A stretch of 64,000 nt of DNA, from positions 14,538-78,537 of IMG/VR virus record IMGVR_UViG_3300046794_000123; one strand, written 5' to 3'. This document shows, piece by piece, positions 20,853 through 30,870 of this stretch. Below the pieces are notes generated by a model. It was not told where the DNA came from. It ran no database searches and saw only the letters and a program-made list of their open reading frames with translations. The stretch comes from a virus. The position numbers and the translations under genes are program-made. Numbering within the stretch: the first letter of the stretch is position 1; each line of letters starts with the position of its first letter.

Positions 20853-22442
20853 TCACACGATATAACTCGACAACCCACTGGGCTCGGAATGCTGCTCCTC
20901 GTCCTCGTAGATCTGCACTTCATCAGGGGTGGCCGGCACAGAGTCGGAAGGCTTCCACGGCTTGAGGAACGCCAGCATGGACACGGTGTCCACGAAGTCG
21001 TCTTTGCCTTTGATGCCCGACGATGTGACCAGCTTGATCTGGCCCATAGCCAGACCCATGATGACGCTCGACTTCATCTCTGTCGGGAAGAACATCTTCC
21101 CCACCTTGAACCAAGGAACAACAAGATTGAAGCGGGAGAGCTTGTCGGTGATTGGGCGTATGCCAGGAGAGCCACTCTTCTCAGAGCTCGCAAAACTGAA
21201 CCAGATATTCCTGTTGATCTGTTCGTTCTGGAGCCAGGAGATGAAGCCCTGCTGCTGTCCCGTGATCTCGATGCCTACCTGCTGCGGTTTGTACTGCTGA
21301 ACGAGACGGAATAAATCATTGACCGTCTTGTCCATCTTCTGGCGTTCCATGACGCCATCGACCCAGAACCAGTCGCCGTTGGAATTGTATGCCCAAACAC
21401 TGATGACGGAGTAGTCAGCCGTGGTTTTTTCGCTGGTGGCGAAGTCCGTGGTGATATAGAAGTTGAAACTGCTGCGGTTCTGCAACAGGTTCTGTCGGCT
21501 GTACCAGCGGATCTCCTCGTCCATCACGAGCCGTTCTTCATCCGAGCTGATACGCAGCATCAACTCCTGCATGAACGCTGCCACCTTGCCGGTGAGCACG
21601 GCCAGGTCGTACTGCTCCTTGACGAACTTGTAGGTGAAGCGATCCGGCCAGGCCCCGACGAATTCCTCCTCGGTGCAGGGAAAGCGCTCACAGACGGGCC
21701 ACACGTTCACGTCCCACGCACCCGACTCGACCGCTTCAATGAGGATGTCCTCCTTGTTGAACGGCGTGCCGTTGAAGATGATCTTGCGTTTGGTCGGGTC
21801 GAGCGCGTGGTTTACGCCCTTGTAGACCGTGTCCTTGATCGCCTGCATGGCGGCCTTGGACTTCGAGTCGTCATCACTCACGAGGTCATCGAGCACGCAC
21901 AGCTTCGGGCGCTTGCCGAAGATCTTCGTCCCTCGGATACCGGTCTTCGCACCGAACATCTTGATGCCGAGTCGGTGCCCATCCTTGGACTGGAACTCCA
22001 GGTAGTTGTCAGTGAAGGTGGCCTTCGGGATCCAGTGCTGGAGAAACTCCGAGTTGTTGTAACGGAACTCGATGTTTTTCCGGGCGCTCTTCACCCCGTT
22101 GTCCATGGAGTCGGACACGTAGATCATCGCCTCGACCTTACCGAAACCGGGCAGGTAGCCGAAGACTGCTAGGAACAGGGAAAAATACTCGAAGAACAGA
22201 GTGGTTTTCGCTGCACCCCGGAAACACAGGTTTGCAATGTAGTCCGACCGGGATTCAACTACCTTGTCCAGCATCTTCAAGTGGACTGGCGGAGTTTTAT
22301 GAGATTCACCCTGCTCGCCGTTGACGAGCTTGATGAAGTTCATAAAAGTCAGCGCAAACTCACTCGGTGTATAGCTTGGACTGTTCAATTCGTGGTAGTT
22401 GACCTGATCGAGCCATTGATCTAGCTCTTGTTTGATCAGCAT
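20853..22442 (-). CDS. terL: Terminase large subunit (N4 gp68)
   Basis: FRGAAKTT Walker A, VLDDL Walker B, TTDFA and DDFVD nuclease motifs. Confidence 0.93.
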   Translation of the reverse strand: MLIKQELDQWLDQVNYHELNSPSYTPSEFALTFMNFIKLVNGEQGESHKTPPVHLKMLDKVVESRSDYIANLCFRGAAKTTLFFEYFSLFLAVFGYLPGFGKVEAMIYVSDSMDNGVKSARKNIEFRYNNSEFLQHWIPKATFTDNYLEFQSKDGHRLGIKMFGAKTGIRGTKIFGKRPKLCVLDDLVSDDDSKSKAAMQAIKDTVYKGVNHALDPTKRKIIFNGTPFNKEDILIEAVESGAWDVNVWPVCERFPCTEEEFVGAWPDRFTYKFVKEQYDLAVLTGKVAAFMQELMLRISSDEERLVMDEEIRWYSRQNLLQNRSSFNFYITTDFATSEKTTADYSVISVWAYNSNGDWFWVDGVMERQKMDKTVNDLFRLVQQYKPQQVGIEITGQQQGFISWLQNEQINRNIWFSFASSEKSGSPGIRPITDKLSRFNLVVPWFKVGKMFFPTEMKSSVIMGLAMGQIKLVTSSGIKGKDDFVDTVSMLAFLKPWKPSDSVPATPDEVQIYEDEEQHSEPSGLSSYIV

Positions 22443-23131
22443 CAGGGGATCTCTTTGGCCTCCACGTCGATAACTTCCACCAGACGTTGTGCTGCGATGT
22501 CTTTTGCGGTGGCTCCATTGGCAATGAGTTCTTGTTGTTGCTGACTCATCTTGCTCAACATCTCCTTGAGTTCGGTCATTCCTGAACTCTCCTTCAGGTC
22601 AATCGGCAGAACACCGACTGCTTCCTTGGGTTTAGCCAAGTGAGTGAGCAGTGAGTTGGCGGCTTCCTGCCTAACCTTCTCACTCATCGCAGTTCGCATC
22701 AGGGTGGCTTGGGTCGTGATCGCCTCCTGATACAGGTGGTTGTTCATCACCCAGCTCGGGACGATGGTCTGTTCCAGAATCAGGTTGACCAGCTTGCCCT
22801 TGGCGTACGCCGAGACGTAGGAGCTGATCGTCTTCTCGTCGCAGCCCTTCTGCACCAGCGCCTGGTAGCGGGCCGGGAAGGTCTTGAAGTAGGCGTCCTT
22901 GTTCGAGTCGCCCATCACCTTGTAGGAGACGAAGGCCACCGCATGGACGTAGTCCTCGGCCTTGAACTTGCCCTCCTTCAGCACGGACGTGTAGCTGATG
23001 AAGTTGTTGCGTACCTGCTCCGCGACCAGCGGGTCGGCTGCGATGTTGTTGACCAGATCGACCAGCTGCTGGCTGATCGAGCTCTTGAGCGTGGGCGGTA
23101 CCGCCCGCACCACCATGTCTTGCGTCAGCAT
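22442..23131 (-). CDS. N4 gp69-like protein (putative terminase small subunit)
   Basis: 229 aa, NFISYTSVLKEGKFK...YVHAV, upstream of terL. Confidence 0.75.
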   Translation of the reverse strand: MLTQDMVVRAVPPTLKSSISQQLVDLVNNIAADPLVAEQVRNNFISYTSVLKEGKFKAEDYVHAVAFVSYKVMGDSNKDAYFKTFPARYQALVQKGCDEKTISSYVSAYAKGKLVNLILEQTIVPSWVMNNHLYQEAITTQATLMRTAMSEKVRQEAANSLLTHLAKPKEAVGVLPIDLKESSGMTELKEMLSKMSQQQQELIANGATAKDIAAQRLVEVIDVEAKEIP

Positions 23132-23177
23132 TGGATACTCCGTAAACAGAAACGGGCCACCGGAGTGGCCCTTGGTC

Positions 23178-23960
23178 TTAGCCCTGACTGGCTCGTGCGA
23201 TTCGTCGTTTCAGGAGCCAGAGGTACTCCTCCTGGCAGTCGGCCTGCGTCTTCAGATCCTGCTGCTCGACAGGAGGCAGAGCAGCGAACGCCTCGGTCTT
23301 GAGGAAGGGCCGCAGCTTCTCGTAGCGAGCTTCCAGCTCAGCAGCCTCGACTTTCAGACGATCCAAGAAGGAAGTGGAGCGGGGTTCCCCACTCACCGTG
23401 TACGCACGTTCGAACACTTCCTTCGGGGACCAGCTGAGGTAGCCGGCGAAGCCAACAACATTCGAAGCACCGCCGTCCGTGTACTCGACCAGGTAACCGG
23501 CATCGTCCGGATTCTCGTCGGCCGGCACAGTCCAGCCACGCAGACCGCTGTACTCTCCGCGACTCATCGGTGTGCCGTGGACAACCTTGGTGCCAACATA
23601 CGTCTTCGTCTCTGAGCCAAGGGGAAGGAGATCCCGCGAAGCTGGGCCGGCTGCGTCGATGAGCGACAGCTTCCACGCCAGTACGGTACCCAGTGCCTTC
23701 CAGACTTCGTTGGTGGCCAGCTTCAGCGCGGCACTCTCACCCATTTCCTGGTTGAAGTTTTCCTTCGAGACGCACGCGCTATACCCTTCGCAGGAGAAGC
23801 GCTCACCGAAGATCTCGACCTGGGCCACGGTCGTGCGGCCATTGGGCAGGACGGTGAAGGTCACCTTTCCTTCTTTGATCGCCCTCTCGACTTCCTCCAA
23901 GCTGACTCGCGGTGCCTTAGCTCCCGCCGTCAAAAGTTTTTCTGCCGCTGCGGTATCCAT
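23178..23960 (-). CDS. Multi-domain protein: N4 Gp49/Sf6 gp66-like N-terminus + YVGTK/WSPK domain + crAss001_48-like helical C-terminus
   Basis: APRVS...GYSACVSKENFNQEMG; YVGTKVV...GYLVEY...YLSWSPKEVFERAY; DRLKVEAAEL...LKRRI. Confidence 0.65.
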   Translation of the reverse strand: MDTAAAEKLLTAGAKAPRVSLEEVERAIKEGKVTFTVLPNGRTTVAQVEIFGERFSCEGYSACVSKENFNQEMGESAALKLATNEVWKALGTVLAWKLSLIDAAGPASRDLLPLGSETKTYVGTKVVHGTPMSRGEYSGLRGWTVPADENPDDAGYLVEYTDGGASNVVGFAGYLSWSPKEVFERAYTVSGEPRSTSFLDRLKVEAAELEARYEKLRPFLKTEAFAALPPVEQQDLKTQADCQEEYLWLLKRRIARASQG

Positions 23961-24006
23961 TGTTTATGTCCTCGTCTGTACGGTAGTCCACAAATAGACT
24001 AAGCGC

Positions 24007-24035
24007 AGTCTAAAGTCTATGTTAGGATTCGTCTA
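24007..24035 (-). promoter_or_regulatory. Possible sigma70-like late promoter
   Basis: Minus strand TAGACG-N17-TAGACT upstream of the first late gene. Confidence 0.35.
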
Positions 24036-24086
24036 CAGAAATTTCAGACTCTATTTCCTTATGGGAATGGGAGGGTCACTCCTATG

Positions 24087-24105
24087 GTTGCTCCGCAACA
24101 GGGAG
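24087..24105 (+). promoter_or_regulatory. Candidate vRNAP hairpin promoter (TCC loop)
   Basis: GTTGC-TCC-GCAAC hairpin, N4-type C-TCC-G core. Confidence 0.45.
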
Positions 24106-24402
24106 GGGGAGAAAAGCTACCCAAACTGAAATCAAGCTGTTAACGTAGCGCCGTGGAAGCTAACCCGCGTCCACATGCCGTTACGTTAGGCTTGCCTTCG
24201 TTTCGATACCCAAGCGAGAGTGGGGAATGAATAACCATCGCAGTTCCAGCTGACGAACTCCTCTTCTGAAGTGGTCATGAGTCGGGCTACGCCCTCCTCG
24301 CCTACGGCTGCTTCAGTTGTCAGTCAGTGATGGGATACGGAGCCTGAACCGTTCATCAGTCAGGGGATAAGGGAGAGCACTGGTTGCTCTCCCTTGTCTT
24401 TT
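24104..24402 (+). ncRNA. Candidate structured ncRNA ending in a terminator
   Basis: ORF-free region with several stems, some with G-U pairs; terminator aagggagagca...tgctctccctt-gtctttt. Confidence 0.45.
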
Positions 24403-24716
24403 CTAGGTCCCCTCTCTGCACACCTGGAGCCAAGGGAAAGACAGTTAGTAGACTTCCCCGCAAACGCGAGGGTGACCTTCGGGGTCAGCCGAGTCGTACT
24501 CTCCCCCCGCTTATAGAGAAAATTTCTCGCCAATTTTCTGGACGAGACCGGATCGGCATGTGCTCAAAAAAGAGGCACGGTTTCCAGGAAATCTCATAGC
24601 TAAGGGACATAGCAGTGTGTGGCCCTCCGGCTTTACACACATACACCACCCCCCCGGTACTGCTTGCCTATGTGGTATCGCATGCCACCCCTGCTTTACA
24701 CGGTACACAACCCTTG

Positions 24717-24734
24717 CTGCTACGCAGATGTTGG
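24717..24734 (+). promoter_or_regulatory. vRNAP hairpin early promoter 1
   Basis: CTGC-TAC-GCAG-ATGTTGG. Confidence 0.75.
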
Positions 24735-24770
24735 TGCTTGTGTTCAAGCTAACTGTTTATCGGGGGTTGT

Positions 24771-24998
24771 ATGACATTCGCTGCTATCGCTCTGCCTGAG
24801 TCCAATGCTGATCTGTATCCCGTACATGCTGATGTGTGTGACTGGGAGGATGAGTTGACTGAGGAGGAGCTTGAGTTGGCTTCGCTACACGATGCTCACT
24901 ACTCCCAGTGGTACCTGACTGGACGTAACTCACTGCATAACTACCACGTACGTGAGTGGCTGGTACACGGTATCGATCTAGGTGATGTGCCGTTCTGA
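24771..24998 (+). CDS. Early hypothetical protein
   Basis: 75 aa ORF with GGGGG RBS, directly after promoter 1. Confidence 0.55.
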   Translation: MTFAAIALPESNADLYPVHADVCDWEDELTEEELELASLHDAHYSQWYLTGRNSLHNYHVREWLVHGIDLGDVPF

Positions 24999-25075
24999 GG
25001 ATACTGAGACTTAGTCTCGCTTCACTCAGTATGAGGTGAGTGGTAGGTCAGTGCTAACTCAGTGATTAGCTCTGT

Positions 25076-25094
25076 TCGGCTACGCCGATGTTGG
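25076..25094 (+). promoter_or_regulatory. vRNAP hairpin early promoter 2
   Basis: TCGGC-TAC-GCCGA-TGTTGG. Confidence 0.8.
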
Positions 25095-25183
25095 ATCATC
25101 TTGATCCTTCTCTTTTTCTGGGTTCAGCCTAAATCCTAAGCTGTTCCTCTTTCCTCAAACTTGGTTCTAATTGGAGTTTCAAA

Positions 25184-25525
25184 ATGACAACAGCACGCAT
25201 GACGTTCGGTACGGTTCTGGGCACGGTTTCGGATGCAGCAGTGGCCGTCAGCACGACGCTGGGTTCGCTCACCCAAGGCGTCAACATGTTGGATGAGTTC
25301 GTGAAGGTAGCAGCACTCAAGCAGAAGGCACGCAATGTCGTCGAGGTGGAGACCTTCGCCGTCAAGCTGCAAGAGGAAGTGGCCATGGAAGAAGTCGAGC
25401 GTGGCATCAAGCTGGAGGAGTTCAAGGGCAAGAGCGATGCTCACCGTGCAGCGTTCGACAAGAGCTTCGAGCGTATCGGCGCACTGCTGGCCAAGCACAA
25501 GATCGACATGCCGGTGACGGCGTAA
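25184..25525 (+). CDS. N4 gp1-like early protein
   Basis: 113 aa MTTARMTFGTVLGTVS...; GGAG RBS; followed by a hairpin at 25532-25563. Confidence 0.55.
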   Translation: MTTARMTFGTVLGTVSDAAVAVSTTLGSLTQGVNMLDEFVKVAALKQKARNVVEVETFAVKLQEEVAMEEVERGIKLEEFKGKSDAHRAAFDKSFERIGALLAKHKIDMPVTA

Positions 25526-25684
25526 CACCGTCTGGTCTGCTCACCCTCGGGTGGGCGGGCCAGCGCACTCCATCTGGATAGACATTCTAGATGGTCATCA
25601 AGGGTCTATTGGCGTGTCGCTCAGACAGTCCAATTGGCCCTTTTTATTTTTCCATCATTAGACATATCTTTGAGGTAATCTCCC

Positions 25685-26220
25685 ATGAACAAATCCATCA
25701 CCTTCGCTGCCATCCTCATTTGCCTGATTGGCATGGGCTTCATCGCTTGGGCCTGTGCACAAATGATGATGATCGTTCCCTATTATTCCCATTGGAGCGA
25801 CGTCGCTGGCCTGCTCATCGGTGTCTGCCTTAATGGGGCTGGCTACATCATGCTGATCGACCTCGGATCGAGGCCATCACTCGCATGAAAACCTACCGCA
25901 TTCGGGCATCCAGGTCTGGACGTGCATTTGCCGTCCGGGCCATGGATGAGCGTGATCTCAAGCTGGTGCTGCGTAATTGCTACGCCTGCACTGTATACAT
26001 AGTGTTAGAAGTTTATTGAGCCAAGGAGAAAGACATGAACCAGCGTGATCTAGTTGTCATCCAAGGGATGCTCGATGCCCGCACGGAATTCGATCTGCGT
26101 GTGCGTGATCCGGAAAACAAGTCAGTGGTCTGTCCGTTCGATCCACTCACTGAGTCGCAGGAATACGACTACTGGTGGGAGGGCTACACCTTCCACCGTG
26201 ATCCGAAGATAGTTGGATAA
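25685..26220 (+). CDS. Small early hypothetical ORFs (25685-25888 membrane protein, 25885-26019, 26035-26220)
   Basis: Short ORFs with RBS and coupled starts. Confidence 0.5.
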
Positions 26221-26232
26221 CTACGGTCGTAG

Positions 26233-26252
26233 ATCCGCTACGCGGATGTTGG
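26233..26252 (+). promoter_or_regulatory. vRNAP hairpin early promoter 3
   Basis: ATCCGC-TAC-GCGGAT-GTTGG. Confidence 0.8.
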
Positions 26253-26341
26253 GATATGTGATCCCAGTTTCATTGTTTTTCTGGGGTGAGTCCATCTCAT
26301 CCCACTGCTACTTTCTCTCAATCTCTCAAGGAGTTATCGCA

Positions 26342-26740
26342 ATGCCCATTCTCGAATCCAAGAACCTGTTCGGCAACACCAAGCAAGCCGCTGCGAGCAG
26401 CAAGCAGGACAAGCCCAAGGCCAACTTCTGGCTGAATGTCGGGCTTCTGAAGAAGGTCGACGACGGTGAGGTGTTCCTCTCGCTGCCCATCGGCATTCCG
26501 CTGGACACGCAGGATCGTCTGCCGGAAACGAGCTCCAACAAGGAGTTCGCCCAGATGCAGGCAGCTCGCAACAACATCATGGATCAGCTGATCGCCTACG
26601 CCAACACCATGGAACCGGGTCAGGACATCGTCATCGACCTTCAGGTTCAACTGCGTCGAGTCAAGGAGACGCAGGAAGTGAGCACCAAGGTTGGCGAGAA
26701 CAAGTTCGCCATGGACTTGGGTCTGCTCGAATCGAAGTAA
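26342..26740 (+). CDS. N4 gp2-like ssDNA-binding RNAP II co-activator (Drc)
   Basis: KPKANFWLNVG...FLSLPIGIPLDTQ...LQVQLRRVK closely resembles N4 gp2. Confidence 0.88.
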   Translation: MPILESKNLFGNTKQAAASSKQDKPKANFWLNVGLLKKVDDGEVFLSLPIGIPLDTQDRLPETSSNKEFAQMQAARNNIMDQLIAYANTMEPGQDIVIDLQVQLRRVKETQEVSTKVGENKFAMDLGLLESK

Positions 26741-26866
26741 ACCCAAGCTGAGGGAGTGAGGCTATAATGCCTCGCTTCCTCAAACTTACCTCTAATTGAC
26801 AGTCTAACTTTCCATGCCCTAAGTAGGGTTGGAGGCTGGATTTCGACTATAGATAGCCAAAAGACT

Positions 26867-27385
26867 ATGAAACCCCTGAAATACGCTGGCATCGGACCTC
26901 GTGCAACGCCTCTGGATGTCTGCACTCAGATGTTCAACGTCGCCGGAGAGCTCAATAAACTGGGCTGGATAGTCAGATCCGGCCATGCCGAGGGCGCAGA
27001 CCAGGCGTGGGAGCTTGGCCATGATCCGGCTCAGCGGGAGATCTATCTGCCGTGGAATGGCTTCAACAATGGCCAAGGCAAGGGAGTCTACGTATCGCCC
27101 TCCTCTCCTGCATTGGTGGCTGTAGCCCAGCTCATCCACCCACGCTGGGACTTCCTCAGCCAGGGTGCCCAGAAGCTGATGATGCGAAACGTCTCGATCA
27201 TCTTAGGTCCCCAGCTCGACGACCACGTCAAGTTCGTCGCCTACTGGTCAGCCACCCGTGAGGTGCAAGGTGGCACCGGCAACGCAGTGAAGCTGGCCAC
27301 GGCCTACGGCATTCCTGCCTACAACATCGCATTCGAGGATGAGCAGGAAGAGATGACTGCACTCATCAACGTGCTCTCGCCCTAG
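26867..27385 (+). CDS. SLOG/DprA-like Rossmann-fold protein
   Basis: YAGIGPRATP...RSGHAEGAD...GGTGNAV motifs. Confidence 0.75.
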   Translation: MKPLKYAGIGPRATPLDVCTQMFNVAGELNKLGWIVRSGHAEGADQAWELGHDPAQREIYLPWNGFNNGQGKGVYVSPSSPALVAVAQLIHPRWDFLSQGAQKLMMRNVSIILGPQLDDHVKFVAYWSATREVQGGTGNAVKLATAYGIPAYNIAFEDEQEEMTALINVLSP

Positions 27386-27450
27386 CCTTCGCTGCCGCTC
27401 AGGCTCGTTCTCGCGTTTGGGTGAGATACCTCTCAGGAACCAAGGAAACC

Positions 27451-29291
27451 ATGAACCAAGGAAAGAAGGTGGCATTCGTCACCAAGGCTCAACTCGTCCG
27501 TGCTGAAGACATCTGGATCGGTGATGAACTATATGTAGGCAAGTTCGTGCTGCGTGCAGTGATGGTCGCAGACAAACCCGAAGCACGAGTTCACGAGAAT
27601 CAACACCGTGTCTTTCAGGCTGGTGAGGATGTCCGTACATCGTTCCTCATTCGGGTCGACATCGAGAAGAACGAGTTCGAGACCATGAACACCATCTACA
27701 AGGTGGTGCCCGAAGCACAGGTCGATGTGTACCGCATGACCAACCCGTTCTGAATCAGTAGAAGACGTTCAACAAGCTATGTCAGCGTTCACCGCTTCAC
27801 TACACCAGGAATGTTCATGACATAAAAACTGAGGCTATATCCCATGTCCAATCCGGACCCGAAGGAAGTGCTGCAAGTATTGCGAATGACCGAGGAACAG
27901 ATGGCGACTGTCTCGACCATCGTTCTGTATCAGGCCTTTTACGCTCTGCCTACCCACTATCCACTTGCCCTGTGTGATGTGTCCACTGGCAAGGGGTTCG
28001 AGCAATTGAACAAGGAAGAAAGGGTCATCGCTGAACGCATTGTGCGTGTGATTCAACACCGATGCCCAGTGCCGAAGATTGAGCGTTGGAAGAAATTCGA
28101 AGCACCCGCAGCCAACGATCCGCAGATCCCGATCGAGCTGCGCATCACGCATCACTGAGCCAAGGAAAAGAATATGAGCCAGGAAAAGAAAGAGTGCGCT
28201 GACTGCTGCGGCTGGGCAGAGCCGGGCAATGATCGTTGCGGCTATCACCAGTGCAAGCCAGCAGCAGCAACTCCTGCGCAGTCTGAACTCCTCACCAAGT
28301 TTTACCGTGCGTATGCTGCATGGATTGACGATGGCGCACCTGAAATCCCGGTGTTCACTCGTCAGCATGGCCTCTGCCACAACCTGAAAACGTGGATTCG
28401 AGCAGTCGACGGGGTAGTAATCCCACAGACCTGGTACGAGCTCGATCAGGAAATGCGCAAGCAGTTCCGGCAAGCACGTCTGCATGAAACCTTCCCGTTC
28501 AACGGGGGCGACCGCATGTATTACCAGATCGAGCAGAACACTGTGGCTTCTGGTCCGCAGTGTCACTCCAACGCAAACCGACTGTCATGGGTACGTGACC
28601 ATGTTTAATAGCCAACAGTTTTTCACGATCTCCAACGCAGAAGGACGTTGGCCCAATCGAACCTACTTCGACATTCTTCCTGGTTCAGTGCTCTATCACG
28701 AAGGAACCAAGGAGGAGTACATCGACTGGCTGTACACCAGTGCGGAGGAAGATCCGGCTGTAGCTGAAGAGCTCACCAAGATCGTCGATGCAGTCAGTGT
28801 GAGTCATCTGGTCCGTCTGGTTGTGCCTGACCGGTTCAATGACTTCCGAGGTAATGCTGTCATTGGGCTGGTGAAGCAAGCCATGGAACAACTCAAGGAG
28901 CAATCGTGAGCTATCAAGTCATTGTCGAGATCAAGGTCATCAATGAAGTTGGTGATGTGGTGGACCACAGGGGACATCCACAAATCAGCAACAAGAAGAT
29001 CTTCACACCTCTGGAGACCAAACAAGACTTCAAGTATTACGAGCACATCGAGTCCGCTCACCAGAACCTCAACGTGCTGCATGCCGTCATCAAACATATG
29101 AAGGAACTCTCGTGATCACCTCACAAGAATTCAGGAAGGCAACGGGTCGTGATCCTGCTCAGGATGACCTGGAACGCTGCAACTGCAAGTACGCAGGCAA
29201 GCTGGGCCATTCGGATTGTGGCTGGAACAAAGAACACAACCTGCCCAACTTCATGGCCAACTATCTCAACGTCAAACTGAGCCGCCAATGA
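27451..29291 (+). CDS. Cluster of early hypothetical ORFs (27451-27753, 27844-28158, 28174-28608, 28601-28909, 28906-29115, 29112-29291)
   Basis: Consecutive, often translationally coupled ORFs with RBS. Confidence 0.6.
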
Positions 29292-29677
29292 GCAACAAAC
29301 CCATTTTCGTCTTTGGCTCTAATGAAGCCGGCCGCCACGGTGCAGGTGCTGCGTATACCGCACTCAAACAGCACGGTGCCGTGTATGGCATGAGCTATGG
29401 CCACTATGGTGACTCGTTCGCCATTCCCACCAAGGACCGGGCTGTCAAGAACCCTTTACCGATGAGCCAGATAAAGGGCTACGTGGAAGGCTTCGTTGCG
29501 TATGCCAGAAGCCATCCGGAGTGGACCTTTCAGGTCACACGCATTGGCTGCGGACTGGCTGGCTGGACGGATGAGTACATCGCACCGCTGTTCATGTTTG
29601 CGCCTGACAACTGCCTCTTCGATGAGAAGTGGAGGCCATGGATTCAGGCGTATCACAAAACTTGGGGAACGTTCTAA
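29288..29677 (+). CDS. A1S_2505-type (macro-domain-like) phage protein
   Basis: IFVFGSNEAGRHGAGAA...FAIPTK...FQVTRIGCGLAG motif. Confidence 0.7.
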   Translation: MSNKPIFVFGSNEAGRHGAGAAYTALKQHGAVYGMSYGHYGDSFAIPTKDRAVKNPLPMSQIKGYVEGFVAYARSHPEWTFQVTRIGCGLAGWTDEYIAPLFMFAPDNCLFDEKWRPWIQAYHKTWGTF

Positions 29678-30064
29678 ATGAGCAACGCACACGTGAAAGA
29701 GGACTTCATCCTCGAATCGGCCTATGGCCACAAGATCATGAGCTTCCCTACTGCTGAGCAAGCACGTGAGTGGGCACAGCAGCGTCGTGAGAAAGCCAAG
29801 GGTGTGATCCCTGCTGTACGCCTGGTCAAGAAGACTGTCCTCGAAGAAGAGCTGGGCGTCGTCTGAACCAAGTAACCAAGCTTCCAAGGAACCAAGATGA
29901 GCACGAAGAAGTGCTGCCCTCATTGCGGCAGTGAACGCATCCTGCGTGATGCGTGGACCAAGTGGGACGGCACCGAATGGGTAGTCCATGACGTGCTGGA
30001 CAACTGCGTCTGCAACGAATGCGGTGCGGACTTCAATGACGACGAGATCGAGGATCAAACGTGA
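29678..30064 (+). CDS. Two small ORFs (29678-29866; 29897-30064 Zn-finger CPHCGS...CNECG)
   Basis: ORF track plus manual translation. Confidence 0.55.
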
Positions 30065-30870
30065 GTGACTCGAAGATCGAGCATCAGAAAGAACTTGAGC
30101 GTCTCTATAACAAGAACCAGCTCATGCCACGCATGCGAGCTGAGTTCAAGGCTGAGCCGGAGATCATCGAGCACCTGAAGGCCAATGGCATTCCGGAGGA
30201 CTTCGGTATCGATCTCCTGGTTCAGATGGCACTGCATAAGCGAGCTGATCTGCAGACCATGATCGGCACTCTGCGCCACCACTGTGTGTCGGCCCAGGAA
30301 TGTGCGGATCTGCTCGTCAAGGCTGCCGAGGCCGATCTGTGCACCTACAACACTGTCCTGCGTCAGTTCATCGTGATCTTCGAGATCGATGCTCAGACAC
30401 AGGAAGAGATCGATCGATTCCAGTATCCGCTGCCGATGGTAGTCGAGCCAAGGGAGATCAAGCACAACGCCCAGAGCGGTTACCTGCTCAACAACAGCTC
30501 CATCATCCTGAAGGATAACCACCATGAGGATGATGTGTGTCTCGACCACATCAATCGGATGAACAAGGTCCGATTCAAGTTCAACTTCAACACCGCGAAA
30601 CTCATCAAGAATGAATGGAGAAACCTCGACAAACCCAAGGAAGGTGAAGAGCGAGGCGAGTACGAGCGCCGAGTCCGTGCTTTCGAAAAGTACGACAAGA
30701 CTGCTCATGCTGTCATCGATCTACTTGTTCGAGAAGGGAACGAGTTCAACTTCACGCATCGATACGATAAGCGTGGTCGCACGTACTGCCAGGGCCATCA
30801 TGCGAACTACCAGGGCACGGCGTGGAACAAAGCCGTGATCGAGTTCGAACGAGGAGAAGTGACGCAATGA
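30061..30870 (+). CDS. RNA polymerase II small subunit (N4 gp15)
   Basis: FQYPLPMVVEP...YDKRGRTYCQG (T7-like DxxGR motif). Confidence 0.9.
   Translation: MSDSKIEHQKELERLYNKNQLMPRMRAEFKAEPEIIEHLKANGIPEDFGIDLLVQMALHKRADLQTMIGTLRHHCVSAQECADLLVKAAEADLCTYNTVLRQFIVIFEIDAQTQEEIDRFQYPLPMVVEPREIKHNAQSGYLLNNSSIILKDNHHEDDVCLDHINRMNKVRFKFNFNTAKLIKNEWRNLDKPKEGEERGEYERRVRAFEKYDKTAHAVIDLLVREGNEFNFTHRYDKRGRTYCQGHHANYQGTAWNKAVIEFERGEVTQ

Noticed and set aside
25001-25032. GAGAC-TTA-GTCTC as an extra Rep box
   Set aside because: Half-sites are in reversed order with a 3-nt spacer; more likely part of a local hairpin.
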